This document shows, in pieces, positions 40,802 to 53,467 of a DNA stretch of 64,000 nucleotides. Position 1 is the stretch's first letter. Each line of letters begins with the position of its first letter. The translations under genes and the position numbers were made by a program. The DNA comes from Octopus vulgaris (lineage: Eukaryota), in assembly GCA_951406725.2 (NCBI GenBank), contig OX597822.1:50406001-50470000 (forward strand), written 5' to 3'. A model generated the notes under the pieces. It was not told where the DNA came from and did not search any database. It saw only the letters and a list, made by a program, of their open reading frames with translations.

Positions 40802-41297
40802 CCGTTGATTCATTTCATTTTTTATAATAATAAAAAAACAATTTGCTTTGCCTTACAGTTATAGTTTCTGTGCAGTTTGAGATAAGACTATTTCTTACCA
40901 TCTGCATTTGTTATCAGTTCTGCGAATTGCTTTGAGTTTGCCTGTTATGGAGGCTAAAAGAAATTAAGGGATTATGTACTCACAGAGAGTCACATAACTT
41001 GAAGTTGCTTAAGTTGCATAGCAGCTGGCGTTTAAGAGTGTTCTTGCTATAAAAGTGATATTTACATATTCGAATTATCAGAGTAAAACGTAATTTTCAA
41101 TATTCACAGAAAATTGTTGCAATTCAAGTTTTAAAAGATATATAAAATATTATGATTATGTGCGTGTGCGGACAAAGAAAACTGTAAGTTGTAAAGGCAT
41201 TTTTCAGTAGTACAGCTTGTTTGCTTTAGTTTACAGCTGCTGATTGGTCACAGCAGCGAATAACACGTCCAGCCGTTAGCAAATCAGGTCGAACGAT

Positions 41298-41502
41298 TTT
41301 CTTCTTCTTCTTCTTCTTCTTCTTCTTCTTCTTCTTCTTCTTCTTCTTCTTCTTCTTCTTCCGTTCTCCCCTCCTCCCTATTATCATCATCATCATAATC
41401 ATCACCATCATCATCGTCATCATAATCATCATCATCATCATCATCGTCATCAGCATCATCATCGTCATCATCATCACCACCACCACCACTACCACCACCG
41501 CC

Positions 41503-41600
<98 letters not shown>

Positions 41601-41605
41601 CATTA
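41298..41605. repeat. Compound (TTC)n-(ATC)n-(ACC)n-(AAT)n microsatellite
   Basis: Direct inspection. Confidence 0.95.
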
Positions 41606-41727
41606 TTGTTTTGTTTTATTTCTCAAAGCGCTCAGTCTTGTTTGTTCCGGAAGGTTGAGTGAGAGCGAACAGCAGCCTACTACCTTACAGTGTCTCTTTC
41701 TGCACATTATCATCACCATCGTCATTC

Positions 41728-41938
41728 TGCAAGCTGCAGAATTGTTATCGCACCAGTCAAGCTTCTTCGTAGCATTTCATCCACTTTCTCGTCTACAGTT
41801 CATATCCAGCGAGGTCATCTTATCGATTTTATCCTTAGGCGGCCGATAAAATAAATAACTGTTGAGAAGTAGACTCGTTGTTATCTGTTACCACCCCAGT
41901 AAATTTCAAGGCTTGTGCCTATAGTAGAAAGGATCATT
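41728..41938 (+). mobile_element. Decayed tRNA-derived SINE, second family
   Basis: GCAAGCTGCAGAATTGTTA (A-box-like), TTCATATCC (B-box-like), ...TTTATCCTT.GG..CGATAAAATAA...GGCTTGTGCCTATAGTAGAAAGGAT. Confidence 0.5.
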
Positions 41939-43479
41939 AACACTATAGCAGCACCAACGGGACAAAGGATAAGGATCAACAGGAAATAAGAGAGTAAGAA
42001 ACAACACTAATCACTTTATGAAGCATATCTGATGAAAAATACGTACCCAATTCCATATACTACGTGAACTTCGGCAACACGGAATTTGCGCTGCAGAAAC
42101 GCATAAACTGTTGAAAACATGATGATGAATATTATCAATCTTAACGTTATGTAACGACTTATTATTTAAACATCTGATCATGGGAATTAAGTCTTAAGTT
42201 TCTACGCAAATATCTGTAATATATAGTTCTTATGTCACCGTGACAAAGCATAATTTTGCATGATGTAACCAGGTGCAGCTTCAATCATGTCACCACACAC
42301 GCGCATACACACACAGACACACACATATATAGATAGATAGATAGATTTAGATATAGATATATATGCGTATTGTTTGTGCACATGCAGCAATCATATCGCA
42401 ACACCATGAATATTATTCAGTAGCAAGAGCGACGACTATAATTTAACACTTATTGTTATTACGAATCCCGATAAAAATTGATAGACTTACATCTGAAGCG
42501 CAAAATTCATTATATTTTGAAGTGTTTAATATGTTATACTAAAGAAAAAAAATATTAAGAAACGAATTGATATCGTACTCTACAAACTTGTTTAATACTT
42601 GAATACATTTTCTGGTATCTATGACTATAGGTATCACAGCATAAATGATGTGTTACTGCAGCGTTGATTAAGAGTTCCTAGTTAAACGTCGGCCACAGAA
42701 TTTAAACATCCTGTTTTCAGTTTAATAATATAATGTGAAGAAACAAAACCCAGTTAATACATCAAGGAATCACCTACCGTAAATATTTTTCCTGGTGTGC
42801 TTCTGCACATTGTAATAACTCTCTTTCAGGAACGTAGAAAAAGCAATTCCATCTTCTCTTATTGCTGAGTGCTCTAGTTATTACTGTGTTGTTGCAGTTT
42901 CCCTTTCTGTTTTTCCTGTTGCTGCTGTTGCTCTGTTGTTCCTTGCTCCTCTCACTCTAGTTGGACTCATACGTACGTGCAACCATTTTTATTACTGTTT
43001 GTGTTGGTAACTCGAAACACTACCGTTTGTGATACAGTATGCTTTTATCATCCCAACCGCATAGCGCTTTATTTCGTTTCGCGATGGAGAAGCTTTTGTC
43101 ATCTCTGCCTCATTCAGTTCATCATTGGTAAGATGAATGGTTTCTGAAACTATGCCTGCACCTGCTTAACTTGCTTCTTTTACTTGTTCATAAGCTATAA
43201 CCAAAATGATTTTGTCATTGTTTTGTTGAGAGGAATATTGTAACCGAAGATGTTTTTCTATGGTGGATGGTGAGTAACAGTGTAATTGTTGCGAGTGGGA
43301 GATGTATTCATCTGTCCGCTCCTCAGAGGAGGGAAATCCCTGTTTGTTTTGCAGTATACAAAATATTTATTTGCAGATTTGTGCATTAATTCACACTCTC
43401 GCGGAAAATATTCAGGGATATTGGTATGATACACTGGTTCAAAGTATACTTCAAAATCTACTGAGATGCAGATTCACTA

Positions 43480-43865
43480 AAGTTAGCCTTAAGTACATAT
43501 AAGGACCTGGAAAATTGAAACACAAAAATGTGTCCTCTTAAAGCAAGAAATGTTTCTATTATTGTAGGTGCCTTAGATATGATTAAAAAAAAGGATGTCA
43601 GAAACATCTAGATAACCAAGAACCATGTCTCAGAGAAATCCAAACGATTATGCTGACAAGTACTGACCACATCCTTAGAAAAATCCTTTCAACCTAAATG
43701 TCTGAGGTTGTATTACATAAAGATATTTCGCTACTGCTCCTGCCACTTCCCCTCCTCAATCTTTCAGTCATACTGTAACATATCTTATCTTTCAGTCGAA
43801 CTAGGACGCTGTAAAAAACGTGATTGAAACAAACGTGCAATTTAAAATTAACTTATAATAATAAA
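43480..43865 (+). mobile_element. Old Dong-like LINE 3' end upstream of a (TAC)n(TAA)n array
   Basis: YKDLE..., IIVGALDMIKK, EIQTIMLTSTDHILRKILST. Confidence 0.7.
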
Positions 43866-43872
43866 AAGAATA

Positions 43873-44034
<162 letters not shown>

Positions 44035-44038
44035 CTTT

Positions 44039-46474
44039 GAACAACTTTGGACCCCCATAACAACTGAAGAGGTCACCCAGGCACTGCAAAGACTAAGCAA
44101 CTGGAAGGCACCTGGGCATGACAAGATCCCCAACTTCTGGTTGAAATATCTAACAGGAATGCACAAAAAGCTGGCTGAAAACTTTAACAACGTACTAGCA
44201 GAGCCAGAGACAATGCCTGAATGGCTCACGAAGGGGAAAAACCATCTTAATTCCCAAATCAAATGAAACAGAAAAACCAGAAAACTACAGACCAATAACC
44301 TGCCTCCCTACTATGTTCAAGGCATTTACTGCAGTGATATCACAAAGGCTGAACAAGTACCTGGACGAAAACAAACTGTTCCCAGAAGAACAGAAAGGAT
44401 GCCGCAAAGGCTCATATGGCTGTAAAGATCAACTAATGATTAATAAAGCCATAACTGAAGACAGCCACAGAAAGAAGAAAGGCCTCAGTATGGCCTGGAT
44501 TGACTACAAAAAGGCGTTTGATAGAATCCCCCACACATGGATCCTCGAAACACTAGCCATTAACAAAGTAGCACCAACAATCATAAAATTCATAGAGCAC
44601 TCTATGAATAAATGGCAAACAGTCCTACACCTCCAAACAAAAGAGGGACTCATGAAAACCAAAGACATCCCCATTAGAAGAGGAATATTCCAGGGAGACA
44701 CGCTTTCTCCACTCCTTTTCTGCTTGGCACTGTCACCTCTATCTGATATGCTAAATAGAACTGGATGCGGATATAAATGTTACGGCAAAAAGATCAGCCA
44801 CCTTTTATATATGGATGACCTAAAACTATACGCTGCAAATGACAAACAGCTGGAAACACTATTAAAGACAGTTCATGGATTTACCAAAGAAATAGATATG
44901 AAATTTGGATTAGAAAAATGCGCCAAAGTAACCATGAAAAGAGGAAAACTAGTTAAGAGTAACAACATCACACTAGATAAAACCAATGAAATAAAAGAAT
45001 TAGACCAAAGCCAAACTTACAAATACTTAGGAATCCATGAACTAGATAAGACACAACACACACAAATGAAAGAGAAAATAAAAAAAGAATATTATAGACG
45101 AGTTAGATCAATACTAAACACAGAGCTCAATGCTAAAAACAAGATAATAGGTATCAACACTTTAGCTGTCCCAGTTATAAGTTACAACTACAATATCCTT
45201 AACTGGACACGAAATGAACTGACGAAAATAGATAGGAAAACAAGAAAAATAATGACAGGATCTAGGATGCATCACCCAAAATCTGACATAGAAAGACTAT
45301 ATATACAACGTATAGAAGGTGGTAGAGGCCTTATACAGCTGGAAAACTACTATAAAATAACCACCATAGGACTGCAAAAATATCTACTTCAGAAGGAAGG
45401 AAAACTGATCCAGATAGCGGCAAAACACGAGCAAAACAAAAAACTGTTCTCAGTATTTAAGGAAGCTGACAAATACAAACAAGAAATCATACCACCTAAT
45501 AAACATGAAGAAGAAGAAGAAGAAGATGAAGAAACAACAAAAGCTATAAAACAAATGAAATCCAAACTAAAAACAGAACAGCAACGAACCATGATAAAAC
45601 GATGGCAAGAAAAGCCCCTTCATGGTAAATGCTGCACTAAACTAAACGCAAAAGAAATAGACAAAGAAAAATCCCAGCAATGGTTGAGAAGCTCAGGACT
45701 CAAAGCAGAAACAGAGGGATTTTTAATTGCAGCACAAGACCAAAGCCTCCCCACCAGAAATTACCAAAAACATGTAATGAAAAGAAATATTACAAGTAAC
45801 TGCAGAATATGTGGAGATGGACAAGAAACAATAAATCATATTATCTCTAGCTGCCCAGTCCTGGCTAAGAAGGAATATATTCACAGACATGACAGAGTTG
45901 GAACCTACATACATTGGAAGCTATGCCAACATTATGGAATAACAACAGAAAAAAGATGGTATAGGCACACACCAGAAAAGGTCACAGAAAACGAGAAAGC
46001 AACCATACTCTGGGATATGCCGATACACACAGATAGAGAAATTAAGGCCAACAGACCAGATATAGTTGTCAGAGATCATGAAGAAAAAAAATGCTTTTTA
46101 ATTGATGTATCAATACCGGCAGATGACAATGTGTCTCTAAAAGAAATGGAGAAACTCTCAAAATACAAAGACTTGGAAATAGAGGTAACTAGAATGTGGA
46201 ATCTGAAAACAGAAACAATTCCTATCATAGTAGGTGCATTAGGCATGATAAAAAAAATATTCAGACAAATACATAACAAAAACACCAGGACTTACAAACA
46301 CATATAACATACAGAAAATTGCACTACTAGGCACTGCCCACATCCTACGCAGAACACTTTCCATACAATAACCATCAGAGCATCACAACAAATCACAGCA
46401 CATACCCAAGGCACACAGAGCTGCGCTCGGTAGTAAAGTGAAAGCACGCTATAAAAATAAAAATAAAACTACTG
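44039..46474 (+). mobile_element. 5'-truncated R4/Dong-clade non-LTR retrotransposon inserted in (TAA)n
   Basis: Coding similarity begins right after (TAA)n (EQLWTPITTEEV...NWKAPGHDKIPNFWLK); ends ACTACTG + (AAT)n. (TAA)n targeting is the established behaviour of Dong. Confidence 0.93.
44313..46307 (+). pseudogene. RT + CCHC zinc knuckle + restriction-like endonuclease polyprotein (frameshifted near 44245 and 46255)
   Basis: EQKGC, WIDYKKAFD, RGIFQGDTLSPLLF, HLLYMDD, YKYLG, CRICGDGQETINHIISSC, RHD, RPDIVV...LIDVS...EKLSKY. An extra A in the run at ~46250 shifts the frame relative to the intact copy at 34786. Confidence 0.92.
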
Positions 46475-46493
46475 AATAATAATAATAATAATA

Positions 46494-46849
46494 ATCAATA
46501 CCGGCTGATGACAACGTGTCTCTAAAAGAAATGGAGAAACTCTCAAAATACAAAGACCTGGAAATAGAGGTAACTAGAATGTGGAATCTGAAAACAGAAA
46601 CAATTCCTATCATAATAGGTGCATTAGGCATGATAAAAAAATATTCAGACAAATACATAACAAAAACACCATGACTTACAAACACATATAACATACAGAA
46701 AATTGCACTACTAGGCACTGCACACATCCTACGCAGAACACTTTCCATACAATAACCATCAGAGCATCACAACAAATCACAGCACATACCCAAGGCACAC
46801 AGAGATGCGCTCGGTAGTGAAGTGAAAGCACGCTATACAAATAAAACTA

Positions 46850-46852
<3 letters not shown>
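46494..46852 (+). mobile_element. Second, shorter 3' copy of the same Dong-like family
   Basis: Near-identical to 46109-46474; flanked by (TAA)n; contains a premature TGA. Confidence 0.95.
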
Positions 46853-46937
<85 letters not shown>

Positions 46938-46941
<4 letters not shown>

Positions 46942-47340
46942 AAGAGTTTGACAAGCTCAGAAAATATAAAGACCTACTCATTGAAATTGAGAAAATGTGG
47001 CATCTCAAGGCGGTTACAATACCAGTGATCGTAGGAGCACTAGGAATGATCAAGAAGGGAACCGAAAATTATATGAGAATGATCCCTGGCTTACCATCCC
47101 TGCAAGAAGTGCAAAAGATTGTCTTAACTGGTACATCACACGTATTGAGAAGAGCATTGTCGATGTGAGAACTGTTGCTGCTCATGTATTTTAATTTAAC
47201 TTTAAAACAAAAAAACAAAAAAATGAACGAACTACTGAGTTTGGTTTAATGGCCTACCAATGTATACTATGAGTATCTTTGCCCTAGGAGTCGGGAAGAC
47301 ACTCGGCAAGAAATGGAAGCAAATTTGAAAGAAGAAAAAA
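46938..47340 (+). mobile_element. 3' fragment of a different Dong-like family
   Basis: KEFDKLRKYKDLLIEIEKMWHLKAVTIPVIVGALGMIKK...SHVLRRALSM*; 3' UTR then TAATAATAA. Confidence 0.9.
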
Positions 47341-47638
47341 AAAGTAATAATAATAATAATACAAGCAAAAGTACAAGATAGCCCATATATATATGTTTAT
47401 ACATATATATATACACATGTGTATACGTATATATATACATATATGCATATACATATATATATCTATATATAAATATACATATCATTATACATAGACATAT
47501 ACATATATATATATACATATATATTTATATATATATATACATACATATATACGTATGCATATACATATAGATATATATACATATATACAAATATATATAT
47601 ATACATATATATATATGCATATATATATATACACACGC

Positions 47639-47680
<42 letters not shown>

Positions 47681-48285
47681 ACAGACATATACATCATATA
47701 CATTTATATATATATTTACACGCATATATAGACGTATATATATATGCATATATATGCATATCTATACATATATTTATATATATATATCTACATATATATA
47801 TATACACATATGTACATATGCATATATATAGATATATATAGATATATATATATACATATATATATACATATGTATATTTATATATATATACATATATACA
47901 TCTATATATTTATAAATATATATACATACAAGCACACACATATATACATACATACTTTTAAATAGATTTATATACATATATATATATATATATATATCTA
48001 TACAATATGTTACATTACTCGGTAGTCAAGATAAAACTCTGAGTTCCAGATGCCGAAGTGGAAATCCACAACACCATCTCTTCGGTTATCTGGCTATTTG
48101 AAAACGTTATGAAAAAATACCGTTAAAAATGAAGGGAAATTACTCTGTTATAACTCTGCTTTGCCTGCGTACTTATACATGGCTCGCATTTTTCGTCATA
48201 AAAATTATATAAAAATACATAAAAATATATAAAAATATATAAAAATATATAAAATCTTCTTGGGACATAACACAGAAAGCATGTT

Positions 48286-49971
48286 CTATCCGTTTTCTTT
48301 AGGGGACCAAAAACGTAACAGAAATTTAGTCACATGTGGGCATGATCCGAAAAGCTCTGTCCTTGTATTTAGACATGTGGTAGGGTCTAAGCTGCTTTTC
48401 CAGATAAGCCATCTCTCCATGTCGCATAAACCGCACCTTCCGCTGCCGTTAGTATAGGGCTTACATCTGGCCAAAATCTTCCATTGTATGTTATAATCGA
48501 CACCTTTATCTCTTAAAGACCAAATATGATTGGATAATTGTGTCGCTTTTCTTTTGTTCCAGTGCCTAAAGCTCAAAGTGTGGTTATTGAACCTGGCCTT
48601 GAAATTACCCTCTGTCAGGCCCACGTATTTCTTCGTCGAAACGGTGTCTTTAGTGGTTATAGAGTTTACGGTAGCTTCATATATGATGGTCTTGGACATG
48701 CAAGCTCCATTTAGTGGGCACAATTCTTTATTCCTGCATGAACAGCTGTTTTCTTCTTGTGTTTTTTGTATGTTATGATTGATTATGTTTTTAAAATTGG
48801 TAGTTGAACTAAAACTAATTTTTAAATTGTGTCTATTGAAGAGTTTCCTATAAGCATGGTTAACTGGAAAATGTCTATCTAGCAGTGCTAGGAAATATTT
48901 ACCTATATTGAAGGCCACCTTCCTATTGATGACCTTCCTATTTCTATTATTCCTTTTCCTTATTGTAGGGCTGGTGATAGGTGTATATTTAATTTTTTCG
49001 CTAAAACCACTATCTTTTAAAGCTTTATTATAAACTGGGGCAACGCTATTGAAGATGTCCTCATTAGGTGAGAGGCTAGAAATCCTCTTACTAATATTTT
49101 TAACTAAATTTTTGAATACTATAGGGGGATGGCATGAACCTACATTAATATAACTTAGTCTATCATTGGGCTTCCTATAAGGCTTATAAATATTATTATT
49201 AAGATCTAAGGAAACGTCTAAGAAATTGACAACCGTCAGGTTAGTGTCTATAGTTATACTAAGTCCGAAGTGTTTCATTAACTGGATAATATCCTTCCTA
49301 AAACGATCTTGTGCTGGTCCATTTGTATTAGCTGTTAAGGCGAGGGCATCATCTTTGTAGATGGCGAAATGTACGTTAGTGAATGTCTTACTGAAGGTAT
49401 CTAGGAGAAAGAGTCCAATTAGATCACAGATGCCTGCCCCATCATATGAACCCATGCTCACATCGAAAGCGCCCTCCGTGTCGGTGTTTTTTACCCACTT
49501 TGCATTCTCACTGAAAAGTAATGTCTTTCTAGCATGGAAGATTATATCCTTATCATTGGTACTAATTTCTATGAAGTCACTAGCGAAGATTAGGGCTTTA
49601 TCTAGCAGTTCTTTAGAGATAGAGGCATAAAAATCAACAATATCGAATTGTGTAAACCTCGCTTTTTTCTTATTCTTAATAGCTTTAAACCAGTCTACGA
49701 CTTCTATACTATTGGACCATTGCACTAGCCTAGTATCGGTCTTAATTTTCGTATTTATTTTATCTAAAATTTCTTTGCTAATAATCCCTAGTTCTGACTT
49801 GGCTGGGTTGATAAGCCTACATTTAGGATTGGAAAGGAAGTTTTCTTTGTGGTCTTTAATAGTAATAAAGGCCTCTTTTTGGGGAGGGTTTCTATTTTTT
49901 TTATCTAATTTAAGTTTAGCGGCGATGACGCTAGCTTCTTTATTAATTTTGTTATATGTCTGTGCCCTAGC
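48286..49971 (-). CDS. Penelope-like reverse transcriptase + GIY-YIG endonuclease (5'-truncated; frame open 82 codons upstream of the called start)
   Basis: AFITIKDHKENF..CRLINPAKSELG, QFDIVDFY, SMGSYDGA..CDLIG, IYKDD, NFLDV, PYRKPN...SCHPP, CSCRNKELCPLNGAC, IIYEA...KYVGLTE...FKARF..H, CGLCDME, LNTRTE..CPH. Confidence 0.92.
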   Translation of the reverse strand, partial: ARAQTYNKINKEASVIAAKLKLDKKNRNPPQKEAFITIKDHKENFLSNPKCRLINPAKSELGIISKEILDKINTKIKTDTRLVQWSNSIEVVDWFKAIKNKKKARFTQFDIVDFYASISKELLDKALIFASDFIEISTNDKDIIFHARKTLLFSENAKWVKNTDTEGAFDVSMGSYDGAGICDLIGLFLLDTFSKTFTNVHFAIYKDDALALTANTNGPAQDRFRKDIIQLMKHFGLSITIDTNLTVVNFLDVSLDLNNNIYKPYRKPNDRLSYINVGSCHPPIVFKNLVKNISKRISSLSPNEDIFNSVAPVYNKALKDSGFSEKIKYTPITSPTIRKRNNRNRKVINRKVAFNIGKYFLALLDRHFPVNHAYRKLFNRHNLKISFSSTTNFKNIINHNIQKTQEENSCSCRNKELCPLNGACMSKTIIYEATVNSITTKDTVSTKKYVGLTEGNFKARFNNHTLSFRHWNKRKATQLSNHIWSLRDKGVDYNIQWKILARCKPYTNGSGRCGLCDMERWLIWKSSLDPTTCLNTRTELFGSCPHVTKFLLRFWSPKENG

Positions 49972-49973
49972 CT

Positions 49974-50645
49974 AGGAAGGTCATCTGGTTTACGCCCCCT
50001 TACTCACCCGAGGTGGCCTTCAATATAGGTAAATATTTCCTAGCACTGCTAGATAGACATTTTCCAGTTAACCATGCTTATAGGAAACTCTTCAATAGAC
50101 ACAATTTAAAAATTAGTTTTAGTTCAACTACCAATTTTAAAAACATAATCAATCATAACATACAAAAAACACAAGAAGAAAACAGCTGTTCATGCAGGAA
50201 TAAAGAATTGTGCCCGCTAAATGGAGCTTGCATGTCCAAGACCATCATATATGAAGCTACCGTAAACTCTATAACCACTAAAGACACCGTTTCGACGAAG
50301 AAATACGTGGGCCTGACAGAGGGTAATTTCAAGGCCAGGTTCAATAACCACACTTTGAGCTTTAGGCACTGGAACAAAAGAAAAGCGACACAATTATCCA
50401 ATCATATTTGGTCTTTAAGAGATAAAGGTGTCGATTATAACATACAATGGAAGATTTTGGCCAGATGTAAGCCTTATACTAACGGCAGCGGAAGGTGCGG
50501 TTTATGCGACATGGAGAGATGGCTTATCTGGAAAAGCAGCTTAGACCCTACCACATGTCTAAATACAAGGACAGAGCTTTTCGGATCATGCCCACATGTG
50601 ACTAAATTTCTGTTACGTTTTTGGTCCCCTAAAGAAAACGGATAG
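49974..50645 (+). CDS. Inverted duplicate of the GIY-YIG endonuclease region (no own start; fragment)
   Basis: Protein identical to the C-terminal ~209 aa of the minus ORF, preceded in frame by RKVIWFTPPYSPEV. Confidence 0.85.
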   Translation, partial: RKVIWFTPPYSPEVAFNIGKYFLALLDRHFPVNHAYRKLFNRHNLKISFSSTTNFKNIINHNIQKTQEENSCSCRNKELCPLNGACMSKTIIYEATVNSITTKDTVSTKKYVGLTEGNFKARFNNHTLSFRHWNKRKATQLSNHIWSLRDKGVDYNIQWKILARCKPYTNGSGRCGLCDMERWLIWKSSLDPTTCLNTRTELFGSCPHVTKFLLRFWSPKENG

Positions 50646-50839
50646 AACATGCTTTCTGTGTTATGTCCCAAGAAGATTTTATATATTTTTATATATTTTT
50701 ATATATTTTTATGTATTTTTATATAATTTTTATGACGAAAAATGCGAGCGATGTATAAGTACGCAGGCAAAGCAGAGTTATAACAGAGTAATTTCCCTTC
50801 ATTTTTAACGGTATTTTTTCACAACGTTTTCAAATAGCC

Positions 50840-50902
50840 AGATAACCGAAGAGATGGTGTTGTGGATTTCCACTTCGGCATCTGAAACTCAGAGTTTTAT
50901 CT
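50840..50902 (+). ncRNA. Type I hammerhead ribozyme in the Penelope 3' repeat (mirror copy 48029-48091, minus strand, has GAAA->GGAA)
   Basis: AGATAA-CCGAAGA-GATG...CATC-T-GAAA-CTCAGAG-TT-TTATCT: stem I AGATAA/TTATCT, stem II GATG/CATC with inner GTGGA/TCCAC, stem III ACTC/GAGT, GUU site. Hammerheads in PLE pseudo-LTRs are established. Confidence 0.82.
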
Positions 50903-51000
50903 TGACTACCGAGTAATGTAACATATTGTATAGATAAATTTCCTCTATTTACATAATATTGAGGTCTCTTTCTTTCTTTTGTTATCTTACCCTTTTATCA

Positions 51001-51033
<33 letters not shown>

Positions 51034-51349
51034 TTGCACATGTGTGTGCACGTCTTTGTATATGTGTGTGTCCCCATGAATATGCACATTTCGGCAAAGT
51101 ATTGCATCGTTCTAATAAGCGATGTATTGATCAGAGGTTGTGTGCTAACGTTGGAACAATTACGTAATAGAAAAGACAAATTAGACGTTGAAAACCACAG
51201 AACAAAGATCATAAATCCGTTTAAGATTTATTTGTTCATGTGCAAAATGTTTCTGTGGAATTTAATATATTAATATCTTTTAATTCTAAACCAATTTCAA
51301 GTATTCAATCAAAGTTTTAATTAATGGAACAATTTTAGCACTTGAAACT

Positions 51350-52020
51350 TCTCTTCATCTCAATATATCCCATCATATTCCAACGTCTGTTGTCACTGTC
51401 ATGTCAGATGCTCAATTTCTAATCATTGCGCTTCATCACATTTGCACTGAGTTCTGGGGCACGTTCATAAAACAGGAGGGCTAGTCTTCGATTGCCTCGG
51501 GTAGCAATCTTTCATAACATCATTTACGTGCTGCAGTTATCGTAAATGCAAGCGTTTACACCATGAAAAACTGGGACAAGCCCTTACTGCACCCCCACCA
51601 TGAAATTCCACTAAAGGCACAAAATTCCTTTTTGTTTAAAACGCGGTTCCGAATTCTGGTCGGAAGGAAGCCACATATTTCTTTTATTGGGATTACAAAA
51701 ATAGATAACTTTTCACCCCCAATTACAATTCGATGCCAGAAATGGGCATCTCTAGTGTTTGCCAGTAGTTTTTGAAAACGTTTGAAAATCATTGAGCATA
51801 ATCTTTCATCAGTTCAAGAGTAGTTTATCGATGTGTCCATTGACGTTCCTTTGCGAAGGACCAAGTCCTTTCGACAAGGCATTAGTTTACATGCTTGTAT
51901 GTTGCTCAACTATTTGAAGCAGGGACTCATCTTCTGACATTGGTTTTTCCTCGGGGTTGTTAGCACATTCATTCGCAATTCCTGGGTTCTCCTCATCATT
52001 AACCTCTATCGTCAGCGCTC
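51350..52020 (-). pseudogene. Decayed mariner-type transposase remnant
   Basis: HFWHRIVIGGEK (cf. mariner FL.RIVTGDEKW) and DESLLQIVEQH (cf. L...VE..P); multiple frameshifts, no TIRs identified. Confidence 0.5.
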
Positions 52021-52703
52021 TTGTACTCTTTTCCACTATTTTTCCAGAGGTATAAAGAATAGACAAATAATGTGTATATGTTATATATGAAAACAAGATT
52101 AAGATCTCAAGAACGATTGCACAAGTTGCATCAAATATAAGATGTAACATCAAGATACAACTTGCCAAAATTCATCAAAGAAAATCGGAAAAAGTTTGGA
52201 TTCAACCTTTTATATTATCAAAAATTCCCTAATACACCCACCCCACACAAATATACATATATGCATAAAAAATATATATGTATGTATGTATATATGCATG
52301 TATGTATGTATGTATGTATGCATGTATGTATGTATGTATGTATATGCATGTATATATATATTTTCCCCCTTTTTATATATATATATATATATATTTTTTT
52401 ATTTGTTTTTTTAATTTTTTTATTTATTTATTTTTTAAATTTTTTTTATTATTTTTTTTATTTATTTATTTTTTTTTTTTTTTTTAGATTTTATTTTTTA
52501 TTTATTCTTCTATCTAATTTAACACTGACTCCTTGATAAGTATGATATTTTGCGCTATGCCTATATATATATATAATATATATATAATATTCTAGTCCTG
52601 TAGAAGCTCCTTCTATATAATAAATAAATATATATATATATATATATGAATATATATATCCAAGTGTATATGTATATATATGTATATCTATGCATACACA
52701 CAC

Positions 52704-52767
<64 letters not shown>

Positions 52768-53418
52768 ACCGGCTCTTGCAAATTTTTGCCTCCCATGGAC
52801 AAAACTTGATTCTCAATTTCAATCAATACTTCGTTAAAAATTGCTTAATACCTGGGTTTGCCTGTTGAACTGCATACTTTATGTCCTCATGATGTTTGAC
52901 ACATGTTCAGTACAACAGCAAAAAGGGTATGGAGTTTTCCTTGGAGAATCTGTTACTGACGCCTCAGTCAATGCAAGGTACCAAAATTCATTATTTTCTA
53001 AAAAACACCTTGTTGATTGCATGCTTCCCTATACATTTCACACACATGTCCATTTACCCTCCTTAAATCTTGGATTGATTTGGGACTTTGTACTTCATGA
53101 AAAATGAAACGTAAGAAGTGGCATTCTGCTTGGCTTGTGTGGACACACCAAACTTTTACAAGAACATCCGCCCCACGTGACTTGTGATATGTATGTAGTT
53201 GTGATATGTATGTATTATTTATTTATTTTTTCTATGCACATATATGCACATATCAGCATTCTTAGCTTTGTCTTTAATGATTACAATCCAGCTGATGTTT
53301 TATTTTGCCGGAGCTGAAGGAAAAATAATTCTAAAATTTAAATGAGATGCACTCACAAACACACACAGACGCAAGGACATGTGCGTGCGCACACACACAC
53401 ACACACAAAGACACACTC

Positions 53419-53467
<49 letters not shown>

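Larger units (their letters stand above)
47995..51003. mobile_element. Penelope-like element (Naiad-type) in inverted tail-out arrangement, inserted in (AT)n
   Basis: Minus copy (5'-truncated RT + GIY-YIG + 3' repeat, 47995-49971) joined to an inverted plus copy (GIY-YIG + 3' repeat, 49972-51003). The ~925-bp arms show only about 5-6 differences by eye. Confidence 0.93.

Noticed and set aside
48286-49971. Selenocysteine recoding as reported for some Naiad elements
   Set aside because: No in-frame TGA in the visible frame; the Cys motifs use ordinary codons.
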